64,000 bases of DNA from a virus. Its lineage: Duplodnaviria > Heunggongvirae > Uroviricota > Caudoviricetes. A program made the position numbers and the translations under genes. The stretch is taken from IMG/VR virus record IMGVR_UViG_2778261571_000004. The stretch is one strand, 5' to 3'. Shown one piece after another: positions 19,609-29,395 of the stretch; positions within the stretch are counted from its first letter, which is position 1; each line of letters opens with the position of its first letter. The notes under the pieces were generated by a model. The model was not told where the DNA came from. It worked only from the letters and a program-made list of their open reading frames with translations, and ran no database searches.

Positions 19609-21183
19609 TCACTCGTTCTCTTGAGTAGATGAGTCCCCATTCCCTCGGGGTTGATCTTGCCCGCTTTCTTGGGCTGCGCCTTGATCATAAGTAAGTACTG
19701 ACTTATTTTCAAGAGTATTTAGATCATTTTTTGGCGGAAAATTCAAGAGATCTTTATCAAATTCCTTCTTCATCGCCTCAGTGATGTTCGGGAAAATCTT
19801 CTCAATCAGCATTTCCATCTGGTGACGACGTACAGAGTCCGGTGCCTGAAGTAACGACAGTTTCTCGGCAACAGAAAATTCATCAGTAAGGCCACGAATA
19901 TCGAAACTTTCTGGATACGCAATTAATGAGTGGTCTTCGTCCAGATCTACCCCCATCCATTTCGCAACCAGTAGCATGATTTGGCGTTCAGCCCTTTCCA
20001 GACGCTCTGCTTTTGTGACAAGCAAGCTATTTACACGCTGGAAGTCATACATTTTTGCGGCACCAGATGAGTTATCGATTCCCTGTGCGTTGTCCTGCTT
20101 CGTTCGCTCACCAGCTACACCAACTGAATGGTAGATTTCGTTAATCACCGTCTTAATCGTAGTGATGATCATCTGAGCTTGTTTCGGGTCTGGTGACAGA
20201 TAAAACGGCTGGTTTCCACCTTCAGAATCGTAGGTGAAGACTCGCTTTGTGCCCATTTCAAGCACTTTAGTGTGGTTTTCATCACCAGGTAAAAGCGACT
20301 GTACTGGTATAGCCAACTGGCTAAATGTCTGATCCTGAATAATGGCATCAAGGTTTGACAGATAGTTTGCAACCGCACGATCAAGATAAGCGATATCATC
20401 GATCAACGATGGGCTGAAATACGGTGATTCACTTTCTCCAATACAATCAACAGGAAACACAGGAACTACGCCGAGATTATGCTCACCGCTATCCTCTAAA
20501 ATAACTTTTGCCTGACGGCGACCTGCTCCACCAGCGCCCTTCTTCACTTCCTCACGGAACAGATACCACTCGTTTTGTGTCCACAGACGATAACGTTGGT
20601 ATTCCTGACCTGTAGAAGTAAAAGGATCTGCGTCATCGCGAGCGACTTCCACAATTAACGCCCATAACATATTCCCGTCGTCGTCCCATGCCACATCCAG
20701 CATTTGCTGAGGTGAAATCCAGTAGGCGTAGGCGCGAGCATCTTTCTTTTTCTCGTCAGCTACTGACTCAACATCACCACTCATCGTGCTATCGACAACA
20801 ACCCATATGCGACCGTAAATAGACGACTGCAAATCAATAGCGGCCATAAATGAGTCAATAGAGGCATTCTGGCGAGTCGCACGTTTCCAGAAATTGCGGA
20901 TCTGCTCTGGTGCCTCTTCGATATTTCTATGAATGTCTTCTTTAAAGAGATATTTGTTGATGAGGTTTACCACCTCACGAGTGTGGTTGAAGCGATAAGC
21001 ACGCTCAACTCGCTCCTTAAACTCCTGATCTCCCTCTTTAAAGTAACGAAAGATATTGTCTGTAAACCAACCACGCCCGCCAGCGTAAGTGCTGGCGAGG
21101 AAGTCCCAATGTTCTTTTTTCTTTTCGTATTCCGGGTGGCGTCGCGCCACCAGATCCTTAATTTGTTTGTCGTTCAATTCCAT
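19609..21183 (-). CDS. Portal protein
   Basis: 524 aa, directly downstream of terminase large subunit; size and position typical. Confidence 0.7.
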   Translation of the reverse strand: MELNDKQIKDLVARRHPEYEKKKEHWDFLASTYAGGRGWFTDNIFRYFKEGDQEFKERVERAYRFNHTREVVNLINKYLFKEDIHRNIEEAPEQIRNFWKRATRQNASIDSFMAAIDLQSSIYGRIWVVVDSTMSGDVESVADEKKKDARAYAYWISPQQMLDVAWDDDGNMLWALIVEVARDDADPFTSTGQEYQRYRLWTQNEWYLFREEVKKGAGGAGRRQAKVILEDSGEHNLGVVPVFPVDCIGESESPYFSPSLIDDIAYLDRAVANYLSNLDAIIQDQTFSQLAIPVQSLLPGDENHTKVLEMGTKRVFTYDSEGGNQPFYLSPDPKQAQMIITTIKTVINEIYHSVGVAGERTKQDNAQGIDNSSGAAKMYDFQRVNSLLVTKAERLERAERQIMLLVAKWMGVDLDEDHSLIAYPESFDIRGLTDEFSVAEKLSLLQAPDSVRRHQMEMLIEKIFPNITEAMKKEFDKDLLNFPPKNDLNTLENKSVLTYDQGAAQESGQDQPRGNGDSSTQENE

Positions 21184-21193
21184 TTGAATAACC

Positions 21194-21217
21194 TTAGATA
21201 ATTACTTACCTATCGAG
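21194..21217. promoter_or_regulatory. Palindrome, motif family 1, between terL and portal genes
   Basis: ttagataattacttacctatcgag. Confidence 0.4.
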
Positions 21218-22466
21218 AACCACCAAGAATAACACGGTTTTTGACTGGATACCTACGATGTACTGGATAGCCCAATGCGTCTGCACTATGCTCAATGCCA
21301 CCTGTCTTATCCATATCTCGTGTTCCAGGCTTGTAGATGACTTTTTCCAGTGAATCAATCAAATGCTTGCACTTCGGATCGATATACAGCCGGATATCTC
21401 CAGATGCGGTCATCAGCATTCGGTTAACAGCATTAACACGATCCGCAATTGGCGGGTGCTTTTTCGAATAATCGACACGTAAGAATCCCTTCTCTTTGAA
21501 TATGTCGACGTCAGACTCCCCGCGAGCATGTTGGCGATAAGCACCTGCCGGATCTGGAAATACCGTTATCTGTGATTTCCAGCGCCAGAAGCGTCTCTCA
21601 AGCTCATCACAAACCTCTGCCGTGTTAGAGGAAAAGAGCACCAATTCATCAATTGCCCATAGCTCACCATTTGGCTGAGGTTGCAAAATTACTGAAGACA
21701 TCGGGTCAATGTTGAAGTCCTGCCCTACCCATATAGGCAACCGAGGGTTGAACTGAAGCGGTTTTACATGCACGTTACGATCGAACGGGTAGTAAACGCG
21801 CCCGGACATGTTCTCAAAGCTCGCCAGGTACTCCTGAGCGAACGATTTCGGGTCCATATCGTTCTTAGCAGCTTCAATTTCCGCCGTAGGTACAAACGGA
21901 GAATCGGCAGTTACAAACTGCCAGCTCTTCCACTGTCCCTTTCTTTGCAGCTCTACGTTCTGGCCTATAGTCCACAGTTTGTGAAATTCCGAGAAGCCTT
22001 TTGGCGTACCAATGATCAGTGCACCGCCGCGTGTCGATGAAAGAGTAGGTCGTAACACCTTGTACCAGGTGTCAGCCTTCATATCCTGAAATTCATCAAG
22101 CACTACAAAATGCAACGCTACGCCGCGCAGAGTGTCAGGCTTATCAGCACCTTTGAGGGCGATCTCCGAACCGTTCTTCAACACGATTGTCATCGTGGTG
22201 TCGTTCTTTTTCCTAACCCACTTACGAGGCAGAACTTCCTGTAGATCGTCCCACAAAATCTGACGAGCCATCTGGTAAGTAGGAGCGACATACCAGACCC
22301 TTTGCTTTTTTTCCTTTGCCGCCGCACGAATAATAGTGGAGATCGACAACCGGGATTTTCCCCAGCGTCGACCAGCACAAACAACTTTAAATCGATGCGG
22401 AGACTGGAAGACTTTCATCTGTCCAGAATGCAGTTGCACAAGACTGAGCGAGGACGGGATTGCCAT
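21210..22466 (-). CDS. terL: Terminase large subunit
   Basis: Walker A-like CAGRRWGKS, Walker B-like HFVVLDEF, C-terminal nuclease-like region (VGQDFNIDP); 418 aa. Confidence 0.8.
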   Translation of the reverse strand: MAIPSSLSLVQLHSGQMKVFQSPHRFKVVCAGRRWGKSRLSISTIIRAAAKEKKQRVWYVAPTYQMARQILWDDLQEVLPRKWVRKKNDTTMTIVLKNGSEIALKGADKPDTLRGVALHFVVLDEFQDMKADTWYKVLRPTLSSTRGGALIIGTPKGFSEFHKLWTIGQNVELQRKGQWKSWQFVTADSPFVPTAEIEAAKNDMDPKSFAQEYLASFENMSGRVYYPFDRNVHVKPLQFNPRLPIWVGQDFNIDPMSSVILQPQPNGELWAIDELVLFSSNTAEVCDELERRFWRWKSQITVFPDPAGAYRQHARGESDVDIFKEKGFLRVDYSKKHPPIADRVNAVNRMLMTASGDIRLYIDPKCKHLIDSLEKVIYKPGTRDMDKTGGIEHSADALGYPVHRRYPVKNRVILGGSR

Positions 22467-23098
22467 TATTCGTCCTCCCCTTCACTTCCATCATCTGTCG
22501 CATCAAATTCGCTTAGAGCTTCTTCTTCCAACGTCTCAAGCAATTCGTCATCGATGATTTCAGGCTCGTCGTCTTCCTGACGTAATTTCGCCACCTGGGA
22601 AGGCGTAAGCTCACCAAATACCAGGTTCGGAATTTCTTCCTCGTCATTTTCCGCATGATCCATGCCCAATGCTTTGGACGAAACTTCAAAGCATTTTGCA
22701 AGGGTATTACTGGCTCTCTGTAAGCTCTTGAGAGAATCCTCAATCGCCCCTAAAGGCTTACCCTCACGTTTGGCCGTAGTGACTTCGACCATCACCATCT
22801 GCCCCAACGCATACGCCCAGCCGTCATAACGTGTACGACGTTCTTCTATCTTTTCCGCACGGGCTTTAGCGCGAAGCTCTGCGTCAGATTTAAGAGACTC
22901 ACGAACCATCTTCCCAACAGAGTCCGCGCCTTTCTCTAATCCTCGCTTTTTGAAATGTCTGGAGAGTGTTTCACGACGAATGCCGTACTCTTCCTCCAGC
23001 TTTGAGAGTGTATATTCGCCTGACGTCCATTTGGCTTCAGCTTCGGCCCACTCCGCTGGTGTCAGGCGAGTTTTTACCTCGTCTTTTTCGACCGTCAT
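22466..23098 (-). CDS. terS: Terminase small subunit
   Basis: 210 aa, N-terminal HTH-like segment and acidic C-terminus, overlaps terL start. Confidence 0.65.
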   Translation of the reverse strand: MTVEKDEVKTRLTPAEWAEAEAKWTSGEYTLSKLEEEYGIRRETLSRHFKKRGLEKGADSVGKMVRESLKSDAELRAKARAEKIEERRTRYDGWAYALGQMVMVEVTTAKREGKPLGAIEDSLKSLQRASNTLAKCFEVSSKALGMDHAENDEEEIPNLVFGELTPSQVAKLRQEDDEPEIIDDELLETLEEEALSEFDATDDGSEGEDE

Positions 23099-23137
23099 AG
23101 ATCCCTCTAAAACACACAGAGCGCGTCCATGCGCTCT

Positions 23138-23153
23138 AAAACAACTTGTTTAC
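23138..23153. promoter_or_regulatory. Operator-like palindrome, motif family 2 (AAACAAnTTGTTT), upstream of terS
   Basis: aaaacaacttgtttac; same palindrome recurs upstream of at least eight accessory genes. Confidence 0.4.
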
Positions 23154-23207
23154 TGCATCTGCTAACCAACTTGTTTTCTGGGGTGTTTAATTAGGTCTGG
23201 CATGTCT

Positions 23208-23272
23208 TACGAAGCCTGCTTCCGTATATATTTAATAAGTTACTTATTATTTATATATACAGAAGCAGGTCT
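23208..23272. repeat. Long inverted-repeat element, copy 1
   Basis: agcctgcttccgtatata ... tatatacagaagcaggtct arms around an AT-rich loop; near-identical arms recur at 56455-56515. Confidence 0.6.
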
Positions 23273-23293
23273 TTAAATAAGCTCCCAGACCGA

Positions 23294-23560
23294 TTACATC
23301 ACCAGTAACTTCGCTTTGGCTCGACCTAAAGTAGTTAACCCAAGAGTTCGGCGGTGATAGCGATTGTCACTGCGTTGGCGCGTATGCCCTTTCTCCACCA
23401 GCCCCTTTTTTATCAGAGCGCGAATTGAGAACTGGATACTTTGCTTGGTTGTCTTGTACGGCAAAACTTCAAGCAATTCGTCCAGGTCAAGTAGATGACC
23501 TCGCTCATAACCGAGATTGAGCGTTTTGATGATGTCCTTTTGTTTATCGGTTAACGTCAT
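23294..23560 (-). CDS. Small winged-helix-like DNA-binding protein (last gene of six-gene operon)
   Basis: 88 aa, basic, helix-turn-helix-like segment (TTKQSIQFSIRALIKKGLVEK). Confidence 0.35.
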   Translation of the reverse strand: MTLTDKQKDIIKTLNLGYERGHLLDLDELLEVLPYKTTKQSIQFSIRALIKKGLVEKGHTRQRSDNRYHRRTLGLTTLGRAKAKLLVM

Positions 23561-23569
23561 GGCAAATCC

Positions 23570-24469
23570 TTATGCCGGTAAAGCAATTTCTAACGGTTTA
23601 TCCAAAGGTTGTTTGTCGAATGCCAGCAGTGGCAGCGTGTCAGGCAGTCGACGACCAAAGTCAGGGTTTCGATACACACCATACAACGGAGACGTAAAGC
23701 TCAGGTTGTGAATGTCCTTGAGCAGCTTCACAATGCTGGCCTCGTCCACCAGACTGTCGGCAATGTCCTGAATCGTCGTGCCACGATTCCGCCCAGCTTT
23801 TGCCAGGGAACTGTTCTTGTGGTAGTCCGCCACCAGATCACGCAGTGCACGGCGACGACGAGACTCGCTCATAGCGAACAACTCTTTGACGATCGCCTCG
23901 TTATCACCCGGGTCGGAGCGGAAATGGCGCTGGAACACACGCAGTGCACTTTCATAGCTCTTCGGTCGCTCAGGGCGGATGAACTTAAACCCTGCTTTCA
24001 TGGCGAAGGGATTGTATTTGCTCATCGATGACTGGATCTCAATGATTGGCCGGTCGTGCATCCTGCTAACCAGGTTAATCATTCGATAAGAGACGCCTAC
24101 GCCACGGTACTGAGTATCCACAACTGAGCGGCTGATCACCGCAAAGTTGTTATTCACGTACCGGCCCCAGTACTGGTTAGCCACGGTGGTATTGGTAGTT
24201 GGTTTCAACTTAGGAAACATGCGATGGCGAGGTGCCAGCAGAAGTTTCGGGTAAGCCATAACCACGACGCCCACCAGACGGTCATCCAGTTCGCAGCGAT
24301 AGTATGTTGGCGCGAAAGGTTTGCCGTCTGTTTTGTAGTGAAGCGATTTAAGAGCGTGCCAGTCCTCTACAGTTCCCTTTGTGACAGTCATTCGCTCCAG
24401 AAAGTCCAGATGACGCGGAAACTCTTCAGGGCGGTAGCGTTTGATGATGATATCTGCCATCTCGATCAC
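23570..24469 (-). CDS. Putative acetyltransferase (GNAT-like) domain protein with helical C-terminal extension
   Basis: 299 aa; motif QYRGVGVSYRM resembles GNAT acetyl-CoA binding motif A; assignment by pattern only. Confidence 0.3.
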   Translation of the reverse strand: MIEMADIIIKRYRPEEFPRHLDFLERMTVTKGTVEDWHALKSLHYKTDGKPFAPTYYRCELDDRLVGVVVMAYPKLLLAPRHRMFPKLKPTTNTTVANQYWGRYVNNNFAVISRSVVDTQYRGVGVSYRMINLVSRMHDRPIIEIQSSMSKYNPFAMKAGFKFIRPERPKSYESALRVFQRHFRSDPGDNEAIVKELFAMSESRRRRALRDLVADYHKNSSLAKAGRNRGTTIQDIADSLVDEASIVKLLKDIHNLSFTSPLYGVYRNPDFGRRLPDTLPLLAFDKQPLDKPLEIALPA

Positions 24470-24720
24470 CTGCGCTCGATATTGGCATTGATGAAATCCA
24501 GGCGAAGAGACTCCATCGCCCCTACCATGACATACGGGCGCCCGCCGTTATGCCAGCAATCAAGAACACTGCCGTCGTTGTTGATCATCAACAGCGCCAG
24601 GCTCTGGCTTTTTCCTTCTCTGGCGTGCTGAAGTGCTTCTTCCAGCAGGCGGATGACTTCCACGTTGTTGTTATCAGTCTCTTTCGATGGCTTCAGCTCT
24701 ACGATCTTCAAATCAGGCAT
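24466..24720 (-). CDS. Hypothetical protein
   Basis: 84 aa, 4-nt overlaps with both neighbours (operon member). Confidence 0.3.
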   Translation of the reverse strand: MPDLKIVELKPSKETDNNNVEVIRLLEEALQHAREGKSQSLALLMINNDGSVLDCWHNGGRPYVMVGAMESLRLDFINANIERR

Positions 24721-25351
24721 ATTCCACCTTCACGCGTTCTTTGTAGTGCTTGGTGATCTGCATATCCGGGCGCAGCGCGTTCTTCAGGTCTTCGTGAGTC
24801 GTCGCCACCATTACCGTCGCACCAACCTTTCGAGCGGCACGCTGGAGGTTAGATGCCACAACCTGAGCGGTTACACGGTCGAGAACAGCGCCGAACTCGT
24901 CAGCAGCCCACACTTTAGCGCCTGACTCAATCAGTTTGGCAATCTTGAGACGATATTTCTGACCGTCTGACATTTCAGAAGGCTTGCGAACAAACAGATA
25001 TGCATCGTTCAGACCAGCCATAGATAACAACCCAAGCGCATCACTGGTAGTTTTGCCCAGTTGGTCAATGACGTTAACCTCATTATCGAAGGTAAAATCA
25101 TCGATGGAGGCCACAGATAGCCCTTCATCCTTCATCTGGTGTTGCAGCTCGCGCAGCACAACGGATTTGCCGGAACCGGATTGGCCGGTAATGTACACCA
25201 CATCGCCCTGCTTCACTTCCAGCTCCAGATTGTCGTAAAGCGTCCACTCTTTTTCGTCCAGGCCAAGCCCGAACGACTCAGCGATTTCCAACGTGCGCGT
25301 GGTTTTATTTACGCGTGTCTGAAACGATACGTTGATGATGTATTTGCTCAT
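24713..25351 (-). CDS. Orphan ABC-type ATPase (nucleotide-binding domain only)
   Basis: Walker A GQSGSGKS, signature-like MSDGQKYR, Walker B VWAADEFGA, H-loop ATTHED; no transmembrane partner nearby. Confidence 0.6.
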   Translation of the reverse strand: MSKYIINVSFQTRVNKTTRTLEIAESFGLGLDEKEWTLYDNLELEVKQGDVVYITGQSGSGKSVVLRELQHQMKDEGLSVASIDDFTFDNEVNVIDQLGKTTSDALGLLSMAGLNDAYLFVRKPSEMSDGQKYRLKIAKLIESGAKVWAADEFGAVLDRVTAQVVASNLQRAARKVGATVMVATTHEDLKNALRPDMQITKHYKERVKVEYA

Positions 25352-26016
25352 GCAGCCATCTCCCCGGAAGAGATCTTCTCCGCATATGCCACAAATGCGT
25401 CTACCCCGCTTTCTCCCGTCATTTCTTCCATGTGGGCAAGCAAATCACCAACAACAATGGCAGAGCCAGCAGGGAGCGTTTTAAAGCCCAATACGTCGAC
25501 AACACGTACTTCTTCCGCTGCAACTTCACGACTGATCTCGGTGTGTTCATCCTTCTGTCGTTTAGTTTCTTCGCCAAGATCGATAACTAGCGAGTCGGTG
25601 TCCATTTCTTCTGTCATACTGCCAACGAGAACATTCAACTCACGCTCTTCAAAGCCGAAAACCTCGATATCGTCCAGAACAAGCGACTCAAGCTCTTTCT
25701 GTAGCTTAATTGCATCGTAATCAATGCTGGCAAGTCGGTTATCTTCAAGGCGCTTCGCACGAACCTCGTCATCACTGAGATCATCGCGAACAATAACCGG
25801 TACGCGCTCAAGTCCAGCAAAAATTGCAGCCTCACGGCGGCCGTGGCCAGTAATAATTACGTCGTTCTTATCGACCGTAATTGGCTGGTCAAATCCGCGC
25901 TTTTTAATGGCTGCGGCTAGATCTCGGATCTGCTGTTCATCATGCTTTTTGGCATTCATCTCATAGGGAATAAGATCTGCCGGGTCGCGATATACGATTT
26001 CAAACTTTTTGGTCAT
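25348..26016 (-). CDS. ParB/Srx-like nuclease-domain protein 2
   Basis: ParB N-terminal motif ITGHGRREAAIFAGLERVPV; start set at MTKKFEIVY giving TAATG overlap with upstream stop; ORF track 25348-26049. Confidence 0.6.
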   Translation of the reverse strand: MTKKFEIVYRDPADLIPYEMNAKKHDEQQIRDLAAAIKKRGFDQPITVDKNDVIITGHGRREAAIFAGLERVPVIVRDDLSDDEVRAKRLEDNRLASIDYDAIKLQKELESLVLDDIEVFGFEERELNVLVGSMTEEMDTDSLVIDLGEETKRQKDEHTEISREVAAEEVRVVDVLGFKTLPAGSAIVVGDLLAHMEEMTGESGVDAFVAYAEKISSGEMAA

Positions 26017-26714
26017 TACATACGCTCCTTGTAGTAGTCGACCAGCCACACCAGAGCCTCACCAGCGTTCTCCATTTCATTACCGGTGTTAATAGCCTGC
26101 TCTTTGATGATGTTTTTTATGGTTTCTGCAACACGATCTGACGCATCGAAAGTTACTTTGAAGCGCATGGTCTGATGTTCCGCACCCACACGTTCGGTTT
26201 TCTCTCGTTTGTCGGTATCGACAGGCTCATCACTACCACGAGACAACGCCTCCAGTGCTTCAAGGTCGATTGCCGCCTCTTTTGCTAAAACCATCGAGAT
26301 TTCGTCGTCATACGGGGCGATTTCAGACAGTTGATAGTCAAGTTCTGACTGAATTTCTTCAATGAAGCGTTGCAATGCGATTTGGTCGTCTTCACCGTAT
26401 CGCTCGTTGTCCACCAGTGACATCTGTTTAGCTACGACATCGCTAATTTTGCCCACAGAAAGCACCGGAACCGTTGAAATTCCTTGCTCAATAGCAGCAC
26501 GCCAGCGATGTTCGCCGCCGAGGATTTCAAAAAATCCATCTTCAAGTTCACGAGCCAAAATTGGCTTAAAAAAGCCCAATTTTTCGATAGAACCTTTCAG
26601 TTTTTCAAAATTCTGCGCACCAACCGAATTGGTGTTCCAGGTATTCGGGCGAAGGTTGGCAACATCAACCTGCAAAATCGTGATTTTTACATCCATTTTA
26701 TTGCTACAATCCAC
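26016..26714 (-). CDS. ParB/Srx-like nuclease-domain protein 1
   Basis: ParB N-terminal motif ILGGEHRWRAAIEQGISTVPV; acidic C-terminal half. Confidence 0.6.
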   Translation of the reverse strand: MDCSNKMDVKITILQVDVANLRPNTWNTNSVGAQNFEKLKGSIEKLGFFKPILARELEDGFFEILGGEHRWRAAIEQGISTVPVLSVGKISDVVAKQMSLVDNERYGEDDQIALQRFIEEIQSELDYQLSEIAPYDDEISMVLAKEAAIDLEALEALSRGSDEPVDTDKREKTERVGAEHQTMRFKVTFDASDRVAETIKNIIKEQAINTGNEMENAGEALVWLVDYYKERM

Positions 26715-26778
26715 TAAGTAATCACTTACTTATTATAATAGCCAAATAACATACAAAAGGCACTAAGGAAAGAGGTTT

Positions 26779-28338
26779 ATGACTGTTCGGATTGTATCTA
26801 ACGCAGTTAATGCGCTTATTTCTGGCGCAGATGACAAGGTAAAGCAAATGGTGCAACAGATGTTGAGCTACGAAGTCGAGACTGGCGACTGGAAGGGCAC
26901 AAGCACGATGTTCAACTGGAGTAAAAACTCGTTCCCTGCTGGCTTTGCCAAGCCTGTAGCGGCGAACTTGAACAAGGCGGGCATCAAATGTGTTCATATC
27001 CGCAAAGACAAAGCCCCGGCGCTTGGTAAACCAAATCCGGCGGTTAACCCATTCCCATACAATCCTGATTATGCGTATCAGGATCAGACTGTGGAAACAC
27101 TGGTTCGAGAGGGAATGATGATTGCGCAGATCGCTACTGGTGGCGGGAAATCTAATGTTGCCTGCAAAGCGACTGCACGTATCGGTCGAATGACATTATT
27201 TTTAACAACCCGCTCTGTTCTGATGTTTCAGATGGCCGAAAACTTCCAGAGATCCATCGACTACCGCGCCGAAAATGGCGAACCGTGGTTAAAAGACCAA
27301 AAGGTTGGAGTCATTGGCTCTGGTGAGTTCCAGGTATCACGACATATCAACGTCGCTACAGTTCAAACTCTGGCAAGTTTCCTTGAAGAACCACCACGCG
27401 ATGCAACTCCAGATAAGAAGAGCTACCACCTCAAACGTCGGGACTTGGTGAAACGCTTCCTTTCAAGTGTGTCTCTGCTTATTCTGGAAGAGGCGCATGA
27501 GTCTTCAGGTTCTAATTTCTATGACATTGCCAGATTATGTGTGAACGCAGACTATCGTCTGGCACTTACGGCCACGCCGTTCATGAAGGATTCTACAGAA
27601 GCCAACATGCGTCTGATGGCTGTGGCTGGGCGAATTGAAATCAAAGTCACAGAAAAGTACCTGATTGATCGAGGCATTCTGGCAAAACCGTACTTCCTTT
27701 ATCATAAAGTTGCCTACAAGCCAGACGAGGTCAGAATAAAGGCGGAACTTGCCAACAAACACCTCAATTTTAGAGTAGGTATGAGCACAGCCTACCAAAA
27801 GGCTTATCAGTTGGGGATCGTGTATAATTTGGGACGTAATGAGGCCATTGTTCGCGAAGCATTGCTCTATAAGCAACATTCTCTCAATTGTATGACTCTG
27901 GTTCGTCTTAAACGCCACGGGCAAATCCTGATGGAAATGATGAAAGAGTCCGGCCTTAGAGTTGACTTCATTTATGGGGAATCGAACCAGTCGACAAGGC
28001 AAGCAAAGCTGAACAGTTTAGCGTCTGGTGAAATAGATGTTTTAATAGGCTCGACTATTCTGGATGTTGGTGTTGATGTGCCAAGCGTTGGTGCGGTCAT
28101 TCTTGCTGGTGGTGGGAAAGCAGAAGTTGAAATGAGACAGCGTGTCGGTCGTGGCTTACGAGCCAAGAAGAATCAGGCAAACGTGTGTTTTATCACTGAT
28201 TTCATTGACATTAGCAACAAATACCTGTTGTCTCACTCTTATGAGCGAAAACACATCATCGACACCACACCTGGCTTTGCAGAAGGTGTATTGCCTATTG
28301 ATGGAGCATTCGATTTTGGAGTTCTGAAACGAGATTAG
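26779..28338 (+). CDS. SF2 DNA helicase (DEAH-type, UvsW/D10-like)
   Basis: Motif I ATGGGKS, motif II LILEEAHE, motif VI QRVGRGLR; 519 aa. Confidence 0.7.
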   Translation: MTVRIVSNAVNALISGADDKVKQMVQQMLSYEVETGDWKGTSTMFNWSKNSFPAGFAKPVAANLNKAGIKCVHIRKDKAPALGKPNPAVNPFPYNPDYAYQDQTVETLVREGMMIAQIATGGGKSNVACKATARIGRMTLFLTTRSVLMFQMAENFQRSIDYRAENGEPWLKDQKVGVIGSGEFQVSRHINVATVQTLASFLEEPPRDATPDKKSYHLKRRDLVKRFLSSVSLLILEEAHESSGSNFYDIARLCVNADYRLALTATPFMKDSTEANMRLMAVAGRIEIKVTEKYLIDRGILAKPYFLYHKVAYKPDEVRIKAELANKHLNFRVGMSTAYQKAYQLGIVYNLGRNEAIVREALLYKQHSLNCMTLVRLKRHGQILMEMMKESGLRVDFIYGESNQSTRQAKLNSLASGEIDVLIGSTILDVGVDVPSVGAVILAGGGKAEVEMRQRVGRGLRAKKNQANVCFITDFIDISNKYLLSHSYERKHIIDTTPGFAEGVLPIDGAFDFGVLKRD

Positions 28339-28340
28339 TT

Positions 28341-28619
28341 ATGAGCGAAAAGAAAACAACTTATTGCCAAGTGGCATTGTCTGATAAGGCCAATGAAAAA
28401 CTTGGAAAATTTCAAATAAAACTCAAAGAGAAAAAAATCAAGATGTCTAAGGCTGAAGTTATCAATGCCATTCTGGAGACGATGACTATGGCTGAATTTG
28501 ACAAAGTCACATCTGCCGTTGGGGTTTCCGCTAAGACGCGTGAGAAAATCATGCGCATCTATGAAAACTCCAATATGACAAAAAAAGATTTAGAGGAAAT
28601 ACTGAGCAGGTTGCCGTAA
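28341..28619 (+). CDS. Hypothetical small basic protein, translationally coupled to helicase
   Basis: 92 aa, starts 3 nt after helicase stop. Confidence 0.35.
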   Translation: MSEKKTTYCQVALSDKANEKLGKFQIKLKEKKIKMSKAEVINAILETMTMAEFDKVTSAVGVSAKTREKIMRIYENSNMTKKDLEEILSRLP

Positions 28620-28684
28620 CATTTCATATTTACCCCCTATCTACTAATTCTATGATGTGCTCACTTGTTAGAAAGGAGCACATC

Positions 28685-29251
28685 ATGAGTTGGTTAAAAG
28701 AATTATCATTTGTTGACACCACTGGCGCTAAGAAAAATCATTCTTTCTGGAAAGTCAGCGATCCTTCTGATTTTCTTGTTGGCGCTAATGCTGCTTTTGA
28801 ATTGCTTAACTTTTATCAACGTTATCCTGAAATGAAACACAGTCCACTCCTGTACAGAATAACAAACGATATGAATAGGTCTGGTTTATTATCAAGTGAG
28901 TCAGCGAAAGGCTTTTTTAGCAAAATTACGCCACACATATCATTCGATGCTGCAAACGAAATTGATTATCTATCCACGAAACCTCAAGAACAATTATCTG
29001 TACCACCTGAGAAAAAAGAAAGACGAATTGCCAGCATTGAAAATATATCGAAAGAGCTTCGCACAACAACGTTGAGGCTGCTGAACTTTCTTACGCTACT
29101 AAATTGGATAGATGATCAAACATTGATTCCATCAACCGATGCGTTGGATAACAGAGTACTTAGGCTGAACAAAAAATCGCAATTTGGTTTTGTGTTCACC
29201 AAAAAAGGTGAAGATTTAATCAAAAGAAAATATAGATTATTGAATGATTAA
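28685..29251 (+). CDS. Hypothetical protein (AT-rich moron)
   Basis: Start set at MSWLKEL with AGGAG RBS; ORF track 28652-29251; low GC. Confidence 0.3.
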   Translation: MSWLKELSFVDTTGAKKNHSFWKVSDPSDFLVGANAAFELLNFYQRYPEMKHSPLLYRITNDMNRSGLLSSESAKGFFSKITPHISFDAANEIDYLSTKPQEQLSVPPEKKERRIASIENISKELRTTTLRLLNFLTLLNWIDDQTLIPSTDALDNRVLRLNKKSQFGFVFTKKGEDLIKRKYRLLND

Positions 29252-29395
29252 TAGTCTACATGCAGGTGTATGAGAGCACCTGCATGTGACATTCGTCACA
29301 TTTTTTGAAGTGCACACCTCCGGCTGAAAAAATTTCTTGATTGGCTGAACGATATTTGTAGGCTTCATCGCTGAGTTTGGTCGAAGGGATAGCTA

